Part shown: piece after piece, positions 52,131 to 62,407 of the stretch | Layout of the letters: each line of letters begins with the position of its first letter | How positions within the stretch are numbered: position 1 is the stretch's first letter | Source of the DNA: Spirochaetia bacterium | Lineage (GTDB): Bacteria > Spirochaetota > Spirochaetia > SP-2023 | NCBI GenBank assembly: GCA_965263295.1 | Contig: OZ253665.1 | Coordinates: forward strand, 1,408,001 to 1,472,000 | DNA length: 64,000 nucleotides | Direction: 5' to 3' | Notes under the pieces: generated by a model | Database searches by the model: none | Seen by the model: only the letters and a program-made list of their open reading frames with translations | What the model was told of the DNA's origin: nothing | Position numbers and translations under genes: made by a program

Positions 52131-52682
52131 ATGAATTTTTTGGGGAAAATCAAAAAGATTTGCAACCGTAAAAAATGCCACAAGGCACGGGACCGAATAA
52201 ATATCAAAGAATTAAAAAAAATATTTATTCTAAATGAACTTAAAGGTAATGAAAGCTTTCTAGGTATCTTACTGAGTTATTGCCATATTTTAAAAGTGTA
52301 CAAAGGGGACATAATTTACCGCGAAGGCGATAACTCCAGCGCAATGTATATTGTGCTCAAAGGCACGGTCCGTATCTATAAACATACCAGCACAGGCGAA
52401 CAATTTCTGTTGACAGAGCTGCACGGCGATAAAGGTGGCTTCTTCGGCGAGATCGGCCTGATCCAATGCCAGAAGCGCAGTGCCAGTGTCCGGGCCGAAA
52501 CTGATGCCAAACTACTGGTACTGCCACGTAAGGATTTCATCCGCATGGCCAAGAAACAACCTTCCATTGCCATCGGTCTGGTCTTTTCAATCTGCCGAGT
52601 GTTGTCCGAGCGTCTGCAGCGCACCAATGACGATCTAAGCTACCTGTATGACGCCCTGGCCTACGAGGCCTCGGAATCCTAG
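52131..52682 (+). CDS. Stand-alone cyclic-nucleotide-binding domain protein
   Basis: IYREGD, MYIVLKGTV, phosphate-binding cassette FFGEIGL....RSASVRA; no HTH. Confidence 0.9.
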   Translation: MNFLGKIKKICNRKKCHKARDRINIKELKKIFILNELKGNESFLGILLSYCHILKVYKGDIIYREGDNSSAMYIVLKGTVRIYKHTSTGEQFLLTELHGDKGGFFGEIGLIQCQKRSASVRAETDAKLLVLPRKDFIRMAKKQPSIAIGLVFSICRVLSERLQRTNDDLSYLYDALAYEASES

Positions 52683-52697
52683 GCAGGACTGCCACTA

Positions 52698-53879
52698 ATG
52701 GAAAACAGACCTTACCCTAAAGATCACGACAAGTTCGCGCTTCAAGGCCGCAGCTTCAGACAGCAGCAGCGAACTGAGCGACACCGACAGCAGCAAAAAA
52801 CACGGGTCGGCAAGTCGGCAAACAGACGCCGGCACAACGAGCCCGCAACTTCGTCCCTGCAAGATTACCCATATACACAAAAACAAGATAGATCAGCCAA
52901 TAGGCCGGATAGCAAAACGAGCTCTCTACAAGCCTGGGGCTATGAAGAAAGCGAACAGAATCATGCGAATGTTGCACAACCAAGCGGTCATGAAGCCCTA
53001 CTGTGGATTTGTTTTGTCATCTTACTGCTGCTGACTGTCGTATTCTCACAACACAGCTGGTTGAACTACTTTTTCCCGATCTCTAAACAACAGTTAAAAA
53101 TGGACGTCGAAGTATTGCGCAAACAATCAGATCGCGAGTTAGAGGGAGAACAACGACAAAAACGGGCGGCCCTGGCGGCAACGAAACTGTCTCCCGCTGG
53201 ATATGGTGCGCCCAATCAAAGCAAACAAGCTGTGACAACCGGAAAGCCTCGGCCACCAAAGGATGAGGCAACTGCCACCGGGCAAGACTCTAGCCTAGGA
53301 GACCAGGCTCAGAGTATTTTACGGCGCTTTGACCAGTTACTACGCCTTGACAATGAAGAGGGCAATGACACAGCGGAAACAGTCGACACGAAGTTTCGCG
53401 ATGTCCGGTTATTCTTTGTTCGCATTGGAGATGACGGTCAATTAGAAATTAAGAGTGTACTGCACAAAATCCACTTTGACTCAACTCCGCTGAGCCATAC
53501 CATTGAACAGCTACTCATTGGACCCAACCCTCAAGAAATCAACAAAGGCTTGCATTCAATGCTGCCACCCGATATGCAAATATTGAACATCCGTATTGTC
53601 AACGAGACAGCTTTTATTAACGTTAGCGAAGAATTCTACCAGATTGCCAAACTGCCCGCCGTTCTCCTGGCTGCCATTAAACAACTGGTATTTACCGTCA
53701 CCGAGTACCCGAATGTCAAAGCGTTGCGCATCCTTGTAGAAGGCCAACCTATTTTTGCCGAAAATCTGCCAGCCGGAATTGCCAAAGAGCTAAAAAGACT
53801 TAATATTCGCCTGAATTCCGAACTCCGCCGCGAAGATCTCTGGCAGGGGCAGATCGGTGATTTTGCTTTGGAACCTTAA
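52698..53879 (+). CDS. GerMN domain membrane protein
   Basis: Single TM; LLIGP..QE...GL.S.LP, AFINVSEEF, QLVFTVTEYPNVK.LRILVEG. Confidence 0.82.
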   Translation: MENRPYPKDHDKFALQGRSFRQQQRTERHRQQQKTRVGKSANRRRHNEPATSSLQDYPYTQKQDRSANRPDSKTSSLQAWGYEESEQNHANVAQPSGHEALLWICFVILLLLTVVFSQHSWLNYFFPISKQQLKMDVEVLRKQSDRELEGEQRQKRAALAATKLSPAGYGAPNQSKQAVTTGKPRPPKDEATATGQDSSLGDQAQSILRRFDQLLRLDNEEGNDTAETVDTKFRDVRLFFVRIGDDGQLEIKSVLHKIHFDSTPLSHTIEQLLIGPNPQEINKGLHSMLPPDMQILNIRIVNETAFINVSEEFYQIAKLPAVLLAAIKQLVFTVTEYPNVKALRILVEGQPIFAENLPAGIAKELKRLNIRLNSELRREDLWQGQIGDFALEP

Positions 53880-54128
53880 TCACGTAGCAACTTTTAAGCG
53901 CCGGCCTTTACCGAGACTCTACCAGTAATCTTTTTTTTATACTTCCTTTTTCTTGCCCATTGTCCCTTAATATGTAATAATAACGACCAAATTATTTACG
54001 TGGTAAAGGCTGAGGCTCAAGAATGTTTATAAGTTTAACATAAATTTTGCCATCTTTGATTGACCAGTCAATACTTAAGTAAGAAAATTTTTATTCGGGT
54101 TTGTTATCCCGGCGAATTGGATTGTTAG

Positions 54129-54761
54129 ATGCGGAATTTCTTCTTGATTCTTGGCCCGTTTTTATTATTTTTGCTATCTTTCCGCAGTAATGAAAATTTA
54201 CCGCCTGGCGTGCAAAAATTACATACCGAACATAATCTCAGCCTCCCACAGCAAATTGAAGTCCGGGAATTTGTTTGGCTCGGCTGCCTCCATTGTCGCA
54301 AGTTCCACAGCTCTTGGACAAAAATTAAGGAACAGTTTGGGGATAGAGCCAACTTTCTCACAGTTCCCGCCGTTTTTGATAACTGGTACTTTGACGCCCG
54401 CATATTTGTCAGCATGGAACAGTTGGGCCTAATTGACGATGAACTAATGGCCAATTACCTGGAGGCCCGCCAGGGAAATGATGCCCCCACGTTGAGCCGC
54501 GATCCCAAAGCTGTAGCCAAATGGTTGACACAGCACTATGACGTCTCGCAACAAGCCTTTCTAAATATGTTTCAGTCTGATGCAGTAGACAGTAAGTTAC
54601 TACAGCTTAAAAGTATACAACAGCAATATCCAATTGATGCAGTACCTGCTGTGCTAATCAGCGTTCCAGATAGTCAAACCACTTATTTTGTGCCATTTGA
54701 GCAATTAGCCAGTACATCTGAAGCCATTGTCAACTTATTGCAACAATTGTTACCCAAATAA
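54129..54761 (+). CDS. dsbA: DsbA-like thiol:disulfide oxidoreductase
   Basis: Signal peptide, EFVWLGCLHC (CxxC), cis-Pro loop IDAVP. Confidence 0.78.
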   Translation: MRNFFLILGPFLLFLLSFRSNENLPPGVQKLHTEHNLSLPQQIEVREFVWLGCLHCRKFHSSWTKIKEQFGDRANFLTVPAVFDNWYFDARIFVSMEQLGLIDDELMANYLEARQGNDAPTLSRDPKAVAKWLTQHYDVSQQAFLNMFQSDAVDSKLLQLKSIQQQYPIDAVPAVLISVPDSQTTYFVPFEQLASTSEAIVNLLQQLLPK

Positions 54762-54824
54762 CTAAAATTCAGTAATAAGATATGTGCAATGAACAAAATA
54801 ACTGACCTTGCCTGAGGTAGCGCA

Positions 54825-55865
54825 ATGCAAAAAAGATTGAGACAATTTATAGAAAAAGTGGTAAAGGCTGAAATTCATTTACATCTTGAAGGTTGCGTGC
54901 AGTTGGACACCCTGTGGCAACTGTACCAAAAAAATGACGTTAATATTGATGGAGTATCCAGCAAAGAAGACCTCTTCAAGCTTTATCAAATTGAAAACCT
55001 CGACGAGTTTGTGCATTTTTTTATAAATGTAGTGCAAAAGTGTTTTTGCACAGCGGAAGACATAAAATACTATTTTATAGACTTAAAAGATTATATGAAA
55101 AGAAATAATGTGCGCTATGCCGAATTGTTTTTCTCTCCTACCAAGCTGATTCTTCAGGGAGTCCCATACAATGATATTGTCGATAGGCTGGAACAAGGGA
55201 GCAATGAAATGGCAGCTCAAGGCTACGTATGCCAGTTTTTAATTGATGTCTCGCGCAGTTTTGGCCCCGAAAATGCGATGAATAATCTGAATATGCTTCT
55301 GGCCAATCCTCGTCCGTCTATTATTGGTATTGGCCTGGGAGGCAACGAGCAAAAAGGCCCCGCCCGAGACTACCGGGAAGTTTTCGTCAAAGCCCGCAAA
55401 CACGATCTGCACTGTGTCGCCCATGCCGGTGAAGATGCCGGGCCAGCATCCATCTGGGACAGTATAGATTTATTGAACGTCGAACGCATTGGGCACGGTA
55501 CCAGCGCCATGATTGATCCCAAACTGCGCAATGAGATCAAGCAGCGCAACATACCACTCGAAATTTGTGTGACCAGTAATACTTTTACAAAACAATTCGT
55601 CTCCCAAGCATCGGCACACCCAGTCCGCCTGTTTTACGACGAGGGCCTCCCCCTCACCTTGAACTCCGACGATCCCACTTTCTTTCATTCCGAAATAAAA
55701 GACGAGTACTACCTGTTAATACAACAATGTGGTTTTACTGCTCAAGAGTTGCTGCAAATTATGGAAAATAATGTGAAAATGAGTTTTATGCCTCAGGAAA
55801 GCAAGCAAATTTTTATTGAGAGCATCCTGCATACCGCCCGACAATACAAAATTATACAAGCATAG
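54825..55865 (+). CDS. add: Adenosine/adenine deaminase
   Basis: KAEIHLHLEG, HAGE, RIGHG, EICVTSN, LNSDDP. Confidence 0.92.
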   Translation: MQKRLRQFIEKVVKAEIHLHLEGCVQLDTLWQLYQKNDVNIDGVSSKEDLFKLYQIENLDEFVHFFINVVQKCFCTAEDIKYYFIDLKDYMKRNNVRYAELFFSPTKLILQGVPYNDIVDRLEQGSNEMAAQGYVCQFLIDVSRSFGPENAMNNLNMLLANPRPSIIGIGLGGNEQKGPARDYREVFVKARKHDLHCVAHAGEDAGPASIWDSIDLLNVERIGHGTSAMIDPKLRNEIKQRNIPLEICVTSNTFTKQFVSQASAHPVRLFYDEGLPLTLNSDDPTFFHSEIKDEYYLLIQQCGFTAQELLQIMENNVKMSFMPQESKQIFIESILHTARQYKIIQA

Positions 55866-55894
55866 AAAAACAGCAAAAATATAGCAAAATATTT

Positions 55895-56482
55895 ATGGAT
55901 GGCAATCAAATCGACAAACTATTGCGCAAGTGGCGCAAAAAATCCTTATGGTCGCTGGTCGGCGCAGAAAGCCTTTGCCAAGAATTCCTCTTTGGCGCGG
56001 CTGAAATACACAAGCTGCTGCCGCATCGCAGTCCATTCCTTTTTTGCCAGCAACTGAGCCGCTTTGCCGACGTCGGACTGCCTGACAGTACGAGCGGCCT
56101 GCTTTGTGGCCACAGTGTGCTTTCTGCTGAAGATCCAGTATTTGGCGGCCATTTCCCCGATTTTCCCGTCTATCCGGGGGTATTACAGCTGGAAATGCTC
56201 GGGCAGCTGGCCCTCTGCCTCGGCTATTTCCAGCAGCAACGAGAACGGCTAGTCTGGAACCAGGCGTTGCTCGCCCCTCAAGATTCGCAAACTCTGAAGA
56301 TCCGCGCCAGCAAGGTTCTTGGCGCCCATTATCTGCGGCCGGCCCGGCCCGGCCAGACTTTGGAACTCTTGGTCTGTCAGCTGGGCAAAAGCGACGGCCT
56401 TTTCGCCCAAATGTTGGGGCAGGTGCTCCTCGATGGCCAAGTGGCGACGATCTGTGCCCAGGAAGTCTGTTTCGTGGACTAG
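55895..56482 (+). CDS. fabZ: FabZ/FabA-like 3-hydroxyacyl-ACP dehydratase
   Basis: IHKLLPHRSPFL, FGGHFP..PVYPGVLQLEMLGQ. Confidence 0.75.
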   Translation: MDGNQIDKLLRKWRKKSLWSLVGAESLCQEFLFGAAEIHKLLPHRSPFLFCQQLSRFADVGLPDSTSGLLCGHSVLSAEDPVFGGHFPDFPVYPGVLQLEMLGQLALCLGYFQQQRERLVWNQALLAPQDSQTLKIRASKVLGAHYLRPARPGQTLELLVCQLGKSDGLFAQMLGQVLLDGQVATICAQEVCFVD

Positions 56483-56558
56483 AGCGACAAAATCACCTAG
56501 AAAACCGCAACCCTAACGTTGCCAAGGCCCGCCAGCCTGACTATGCTCAGCTGCGACA

Positions 56559-58178
56559 ATGAAATACAGAATTAGCGGGGCGGCATTGCTTTTAGGCTTG
56601 GCCATGTACCTGTGCCCCTCTTTTCTGACGGCCCAGCACCCCAGCGCTTCCTATCGCACCGCCAAAAGCCCGATGTTGGGCGAACTGGTTGGCCAAGAGC
56701 TACCCGCCTACAACCCGGCACTCCTGGCCCTGGGCATTGACCCTTTGCGTGAAGACTTGCCACGCCGCTTTCACCTGCGCTTTTTGGACATGATGAGTTC
56801 CTACTGGCTCCTCTCTGAAATCTTTGTCACCGATACCCCCAGTTTTGAGCAAGCTTTAAGCTCCCGAATGCCAGCACTGGTCGACGGACTCAGCGTCACT
56901 TTCACCGACCTTTCCTCGCGCTCCCAGATGTATCGGGAGGCCCTGCAGTCCTATTATCAAGATAAACAAAATCCCAAAAAAATCGATGTAACAGACGTTG
57001 CGGCAACATTGGAAAAGCCAGGATTTGTTTTTTTGAGCCGGGCGGAGATTGAACGTGCCCCCGCCTTTAAAAAATACAAAGAACGCTTGGAAGGAGATGC
57101 CCAGACGCTGCTCGAAAACATGGGTAAAATTATCGGTGACATCGGCATAGAATACCTGCAAGACCAGTCGTTCTTCCACAGCCAGGCCTATGCCCAGCTC
57201 TTTGACATTGAGTTTTTGCTGGGCCGGCAGGCGGCGCTGGGTCTGGGCGTCAATGTCCGCGACCACATCGATGTCGCCGACGACTTTAGCGGCTTCCACG
57301 TCGATGTCGGGCGCCTGACTTTACCCGCAATGAACATGAGTATTCCCAACTGGGAGGACGGATTCCCGGCACAGAAGGACCTCTTAATGGCCACCATAGG
57401 CCTGGCGACGGCAAACTATGTCGATAGATTGACCCATTCGCTCAGTGCGGAACAATTGGGCACACTGGTGCTGCGTTCGATGTTTGAACAGTCTTTTATC
57501 AACCTTTACCATGTGGTCGAACCCAACCTGCGCTTCTCTTTTGGCGTGCCTGTGAACCATTGGCTGTATTTGGGCAGCCGGCTCAAAGGCCACTTGCTGT
57601 GGGGTATGGACAACCTGATGATAGACCCCGACGCGCTCGACTTGAGTGAACCGATCAAATTAGCTCAATTTATGTATAATCCAGTCAACTACCAGCTTGG
57701 CGTTCACGCCGGCTGGGATATCAGCTTACTGGCCCAGCCCTTGGACTGGTTGAGCCTCAGCCTTATGGTCAGCGATGTCGTCGGCATTGCCCCCAGCGAG
57801 CAAAATGCTTCGCAGGACTACTGGGGAGACCCCTACTACCCGATTGATCTGCAACTGGGCAGCTTTGCCCAATTCCCCCTCGATCACGGCCTCCACATAG
57901 GGTTTGGCGCGGACGTGTACGAGATCATCAGTATGCTGGCAAAGCGGCCCCAACGTTTCAACCCCAGCCGTGAGCTGGAGTTTGTCGACCGCCTGCGGTT
58001 CAAGTTTGAACTCGACTATATGGACCAATTTCGCCTGATGCTGCACTATTGGCACCAGGCCTTCGGCCTGGAATTACAGCTTGATTTTTTAACTTTTCAC
58101 CCTAGTATTGGCGTCGATATCAATTTTGATCTGTCAGACATCCGCGTCAACTTGAATATCCTGAATTTTACCAGTTAA
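56559..58178 (+). CDS. Hypothetical exported protein, possible outer-membrane beta-barrel
   Basis: Signal peptide, YNPALL motif, amphipathic beta-strand pattern in the C-terminal half. Confidence 0.6.
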   Translation: MKYRISGAALLLGLAMYLCPSFLTAQHPSASYRTAKSPMLGELVGQELPAYNPALLALGIDPLREDLPRRFHLRFLDMMSSYWLLSEIFVTDTPSFEQALSSRMPALVDGLSVTFTDLSSRSQMYREALQSYYQDKQNPKKIDVTDVAATLEKPGFVFLSRAEIERAPAFKKYKERLEGDAQTLLENMGKIIGDIGIEYLQDQSFFHSQAYAQLFDIEFLLGRQAALGLGVNVRDHIDVADDFSGFHVDVGRLTLPAMNMSIPNWEDGFPAQKDLLMATIGLATANYVDRLTHSLSAEQLGTLVLRSMFEQSFINLYHVVEPNLRFSFGVPVNHWLYLGSRLKGHLLWGMDNLMIDPDALDLSEPIKLAQFMYNPVNYQLGVHAGWDISLLAQPLDWLSLSLMVSDVVGIAPSEQNASQDYWGDPYYPIDLQLGSFAQFPLDHGLHIGFGADVYEIISMLAKRPQRFNPSRELEFVDRLRFKFELDYMDQFRLMLHYWHQAFGLELQLDFLTFHPSIGVDINFDLSDIRVNLNILNFTS

Positions 58179-58242
58179 AGATAGTGCCAGCTGCAGCTTC
58201 GCTGCAGTTCCAGCCCAGATTTAATCCAGTACGAACCCAAGC

Positions 58243-59583
58243 CTAGCCAATACTTTCTTGCAGAGTTGCGCCGCTAAAACGCCGGCGCTTGCGCCGGACC
58301 TCACTGTAAATGCTGCGCTTGCCCAGCAGCTCCAGCGGATTGAGAAAATATTGGATACTGATATTCAAGGCATGTAATAACTGTATTTCCGGGAAAGCGA
58401 TTGAGCTGTAACGGATTGGATCATCTGGTTGAAAATCTTGCAAGATATGGTAGGTCACATCTGGGTACAAGACGCTAGGAAAAAAGCGCAACGAGTAACC
58501 CAAGTATACGCGGAAACCGGTCATTTCAAAATAAACCCCCAAAGAAGTCGTAAACTTAGTATTAAGCTGATTACTGATAGTATTAAAACTCTCTTGGACA
58601 GAGTATCTCGGCGTCGGATCCGCGTCAGTATCTGTAATTGAACTGGGCAAGGAAGGCTGGGCTAGTCTCAGGCTTTCGCCCGTAATGAGCCCCAGAGCAA
58701 GCGACCCAGCCAGCCGCAATCCCAGCACAGTTTTGGCTCTGCTGTTCAGCACCCATGGAAGCAATAATGCCATTCCCATTTCATAGAATACTAGATCCCT
58801 CTGGTACTGAATGGCATAAGGAGCCTGCCGTTCAATCTCACCATATTGCCTTTCTGCACCAATCGTCTTCAACGGGCTAAGGAATGCGTCTGTCTGGTAG
58901 CCCAGGCCCAGACTAATTTCTAGGTTCTGCGTCAGGTGTAGGATTGCACTGACCTCATAATAATTATTAAAAATCGGAATCGTTTTTCTGCCCGGTGTGG
59001 CATCGGTAATACTCTGGCTGAACACGTAAGGCGTAGGTACACTTTGAGCACTTTCCAAGTCACCTATATTTAGAAAATTATTGATGCCGATATAGGCGTC
59101 AAACGCGAGGCCGAAACGGAACTCGCGGTTAAAACGGTTCTTGTCCCTTCTATCTTGTTTTCTCAGAATTTTAGCCTGCTCTTCGCGGTAACGTTGCTGC
59201 AGCTCTTTTTCCTCAGGACTCAATGGCAGCGCCGGATTCTTTGATATTGGGCGCTCCGAAGGATCAATCGCGTAATCATCATTGAACTTATAACCAAAAC
59301 TGCCTGCAAGAGGCGGCTTGGGGTAATCTCGCAGCTCCTCTTCGCTCTGCCTCTGATTGCGCACATGAAATATATCTTGCAGAAATTGTCCTAAACTATC
59401 TGGACTCTGCTCCCCGTCTTGGGTCCTGTCTTGGATCCTATCTTGGGTCCTGTCCTGGTTGCCGTCTTGCGCATACAAAGCCGCTGCCGGCAAAAACAAG
59501 CTGAGAGACAGGCAATGCAATAGAAGCCAGAAAGTCCAGCTGAAGTGCCAAAACCTTTGGCAAAAATGGAAGGCCCCAGCCAA
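58243..59583 (-). CDS. Hypothetical exported protein, possible outer-membrane beta-barrel
   Basis: Signal peptide ending ALYA, QDRT repeats (12-bp tandem repeat at 59417-59458), alternating strands (ISLGLGY, VYLGYSL, LNISIQYF). Confidence 0.6.
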   Translation of the reverse strand: MAGAFHFCQRFWHFSWTFWLLLHCLSLSLFLPAAALYAQDGNQDRTQDRIQDRTQDGEQSPDSLGQFLQDIFHVRNQRQSEEELRDYPKPPLAGSFGYKFNDDYAIDPSERPISKNPALPLSPEEKELQQRYREEQAKILRKQDRRDKNRFNREFRFGLAFDAYIGINNFLNIGDLESAQSVPTPYVFSQSITDATPGRKTIPIFNNYYEVSAILHLTQNLEISLGLGYQTDAFLSPLKTIGAERQYGEIERQAPYAIQYQRDLVFYEMGMALLLPWVLNSRAKTVLGLRLAGSLALGLITGESLRLAQPSLPSSITDTDADPTPRYSVQESFNTISNQLNTKFTTSLGVYFEMTGFRVYLGYSLRFFPSVLYPDVTYHILQDFQPDDPIRYSSIAFPEIQLLHALNISIQYFLNPLELLGKRSIYSEVRRKRRRFSGATLQESIG

Positions 59584-60354
59584 TTACACTGAGACCTGCG
59601 GCAGATATGGCTTCAAGTGAGCCAAGCCACTCAAGGCCGCAAAAGTTCGCAGTAGCCCCTCCCTTTCCGGCCTTTTAGCCATGTACGGCAGAGTTCCCAG
59701 GCAGGGAACGCCGCTAAGCTGACTAATAATCTGAGGATTATCTGCGCGAATATAGCCAGATGCTTTGCTGCAAGGCGCGATATCATTTAGCAGGAAGCCG
59801 GCGACAGGCAGACCTCGACGACGGATGGCCTCCAAACTCAAGCAAATATCACTGATGGCCCCCAAACCGCTGTGGCCGACCAGAATTACGGGAAGCCCCA
59901 GCCTTTCAGTAATATCCGCTACCAGCATACCCTTCTCACGGTCGATCGGCACATAAAAGCCACCGGCGCCTTCTACTAGTAAAATGTCACAGTATCCATC
60001 CATTTGCCCTAATTTTTGCGCGCAATTTACTACATGTTGTACGTCCACATATGGCCGGCCATCAAATTCCGCAGCCAAGTGCGGCGAGCAGGCCTTCTGA
60101 TAGCAGTACGGCTGCAATAAAGGTAGGTGCGCTTGTAAATCGCGGTATACCTCGTCTTCAGTCGGAGTTTGCCGGTAATCTAAAGAGTAGATTGAATACA
60201 AGTCCGGGCTTAATTTTTTCCCTTCCATGCCCGTCTGTACTGATTTCATCGCCAGGCAGTCAAAGCCCTCTCGCTTTAGCCACAGTCGCAATGCGCCAGT
60301 GACGAAAGTCTTTCCGCGATCGGTATTGGTTGCCGTGACAAAAAAACCGTGCAT
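59584..60354 (-). CDS. bioD: Dethiobiotin synthase
   Basis: FVTATNTDRGKT, KSVQTG, SPHLAA, VEGAGG, LGAI. Confidence 0.93.
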   Translation of the reverse strand: MHGFFVTATNTDRGKTFVTGALRLWLKREGFDCLAMKSVQTGMEGKKLSPDLYSIYSLDYRQTPTEDEVYRDLQAHLPLLQPYCYQKACSPHLAAEFDGRPYVDVQHVVNCAQKLGQMDGYCDILLVEGAGGFYVPIDREKGMLVADITERLGLPVILVGHSGLGAISDICLSLEAIRRRGLPVAGFLLNDIAPCSKASGYIRADNPQIISQLSGVPCLGTLPYMAKRPEREGLLRTFAALSGLAHLKPYLPQVSV

Positions 60355-60355
60355 A

Positions 60356-61189
60356 TTAACACCTTTCTACCGCCAGCAAAAGGACTCGATAGTCTAGTTG
60401 CAAGCTTTCAGACTGCCGCAAGCGATTTAGATCAATAAAGCCGAGCCCTGTGCCCCCCCGTGCGGCATGCCCATCTCCCGTTATGCCCCCATATACAGCC
60501 AGAGGGGCACGCGCTGTGTGCGCTCCCGCCTGTTTAATAGCGGCAAGGGCTTCATAGGCATTTTGATATTCGACATAAAAATATTGCTCTTTTAGCTCCA
60601 TGCCCGGCAAATCGCGGGCTAGCTTCTGAAAATCGCTCAGCTGCGGCAGGGGATAGAGCGCCAGCTCCCGGGCACAGATTCGGCGCACACATTGAAACAG
60701 TTCGGCCAAGCTGCCGCACAATGGCAACGCGACAGCCAGACACCCTCCTGGACGCAACGCAGCATACAAGCGATGTAATAATAGAGCCGGCTGTTGGCAC
60801 CACTGCAGGGCAAAATTTGAAATAATCAAGTCATAAGCATCTGCAGCATAAGCAAAACTTTCGGCATCGCCACAGCAAAGCCGAGCTCGCGGAAATTGTT
60901 TGCGCGTTTGTTCAAGCATCAGTGGCGCAAAATCAATACCGTGCAATCGCCAAACCGCAAAATTGGTCGTGCCAAAGTGACGCTGCGCCACGCGAAAAAG
61001 ACGGCCTGTGCCGACGCCGATATCCAGTAAGGATGGCTCACTTGAATGCGGGAAAAAAGCCCCTAGATTTGCAAACAATGCTTCCGCGCTCTGTTGCTGC
61101 ACTGGAGTTGCCGCATCATAGCTTGCGGCAGCACGGGAAAAATGCCGGGCAATTTGCCCTTTCTGCCTTGCCTTATCACCCATCATCAA
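60356..61189 (-). CDS. bioC: Malonyl-ACP O-methyltransferase
   Basis: IARHFSRAAASYD....Q, LDIGVGTG, GDAE, DLIISNFALQW; adjacent to bioD. Confidence 0.85.
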   Translation of the reverse strand: MMMGDKARQKGQIARHFSRAAASYDAATPVQQQSAEALFANLGAFFPHSSEPSLLDIGVGTGRLFRVAQRHFGTTNFAVWRLHGIDFAPLMLEQTRKQFPRARLCCGDAESFAYAADAYDLIISNFALQWCQQPALLLHRLYAALRPGGCLAVALPLCGSLAELFQCVRRICARELALYPLPQLSDFQKLARDLPGMELKEQYFYVEYQNAYEALAAIKQAGAHTARAPLAVYGGITGDGHAARGGTGLGFIDLNRLRQSESLQLDYRVLLLAVERC

Positions 61190-61237
61190 GCCTGCAGGCT
61201 TCGCGTTAAAAACAGATGGCCAAACCGATGGCAGAGC

Positions 61238-62371
61238 TCAGATACTCTTCTCGCTATTGGGGCCACCCTCCCGCACAGATTGAACAGACCAAGCAGATAA
61301 AGAAGGCAGCGTTCGTTGCAACGGCAAGCCCAGCCTCACCTTTTCCATGTCATGTTGCACCATCAGCTTAACCAGATCGCCGAGATTCATCCGCGGGCGC
61401 CAAGCCAGTTTCTGTCTCGCCTTTGTTGCATCGCCAATTAACAGGTCCACCTCCGTCGGGCGAAAATAGTTAGAAGATACTTGTACACGCAGCACTCCGT
61501 TCTGATCATAAGCTCTCTCGGCCACCCCCCTGCCCCGCCAGTTCAGTTCCATCCCAGCTTCACGAAAGGCCAATTGGCAAAAATCACGCACCGTGGTAGT
61601 CTCACCCGTGGCAATCACAAAGTCTTCGGGTTCATCTTGCTGTAACATTAGCCACATAGCCTCGACGTAGTCGCCGGCAAAACCCCAGTCACGCTTGGCA
61701 TCCAAATTGCCCAGCGTCAACGTTTGCTGTTTGCCCGCAGCGATCTGCGCTGCGGCAATGGTGATTTTACGCGTCACAAAAGTCTCGCCCCGGCGCGGGC
61801 TTTCGTGATTGAACAGAATACCGTTAACGGCATACAAGCCATAGGCTTCCCGGTAGTTAACCGTCATCCAGTAACCATACAACTTGGCCGCGGCATAGGG
61901 ACTGAGCGGATAGAATGGCGTCGTTTCACGCTGTGGCACTTCCTGTACCCGGCCATAGAGCTCACTGGTTGCGGCCTGATAAAAACGGCATTGCTTTTCC
62001 ATATGCAGCAAGCGCAGCGCCTCAAGCAGGCGCAGGACGCCAACGCCGTCCGCGTTGGCTGTATATTCTGGCATTTCGAACGAAACTTTAACATGACTTT
62101 GCGCCGCCAGGTTATAAATTTCATCCGGGCGAATTTGCTGCACCAAATGCATTAAGGTTGTACTGTCATTCATATCGCCATAATGCAGAAAAAAAGGTTG
62201 GCCCTTGCGCTGGGCCTCCTCAAAAATATGGTCGATACGGTCGGTGTTGTACGACGAAGCGCGACGCTTGAGACCGTGAACTGCGTATCCCTTGGCCAAT
62301 AAAAATTCTGTTAGATACGCTCCGTCTTGACCGGTAACTCCTGTGATAAAGGCGATTTTCTCTTCAGCCAT
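61238..62371 (-). CDS. gmd: GDP-mannose 4,6-dehydratase
   Basis: [48 protein letters not shown]. Confidence 0.97.
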   Translation of the reverse strand: MAEEKIAFITGVTGQDGAYLTEFLLAKGYAVHGLKRRASSYNTDRIDHIFEEAQRKGQPFFLHYGDMNDSTTLMHLVQQIRPDEIYNLAAQSHVKVSFEMPEYTANADGVGVLRLLEALRLLHMEKQCRFYQAATSELYGRVQEVPQRETTPFYPLSPYAAAKLYGYWMTVNYREAYGLYAVNGILFNHESPRRGETFVTRKITIAAAQIAAGKQQTLTLGNLDAKRDWGFAGDYVEAMWLMLQQDEPEDFVIATGETTTVRDFCQLAFREAGMELNWRGRGVAERAYDQNGVLRVQVSSNYFRPTEVDLLIGDATKARQKLAWRPRMNLGDLVKLMVQHDMEKVRLGLPLQRTLPSLSAWSVQSVREGGPNSEKSI

Positions 62372-62407
62372 TACTTTTCCCTCAATGTTATATCTTCAAT
62401 CCAAGTC

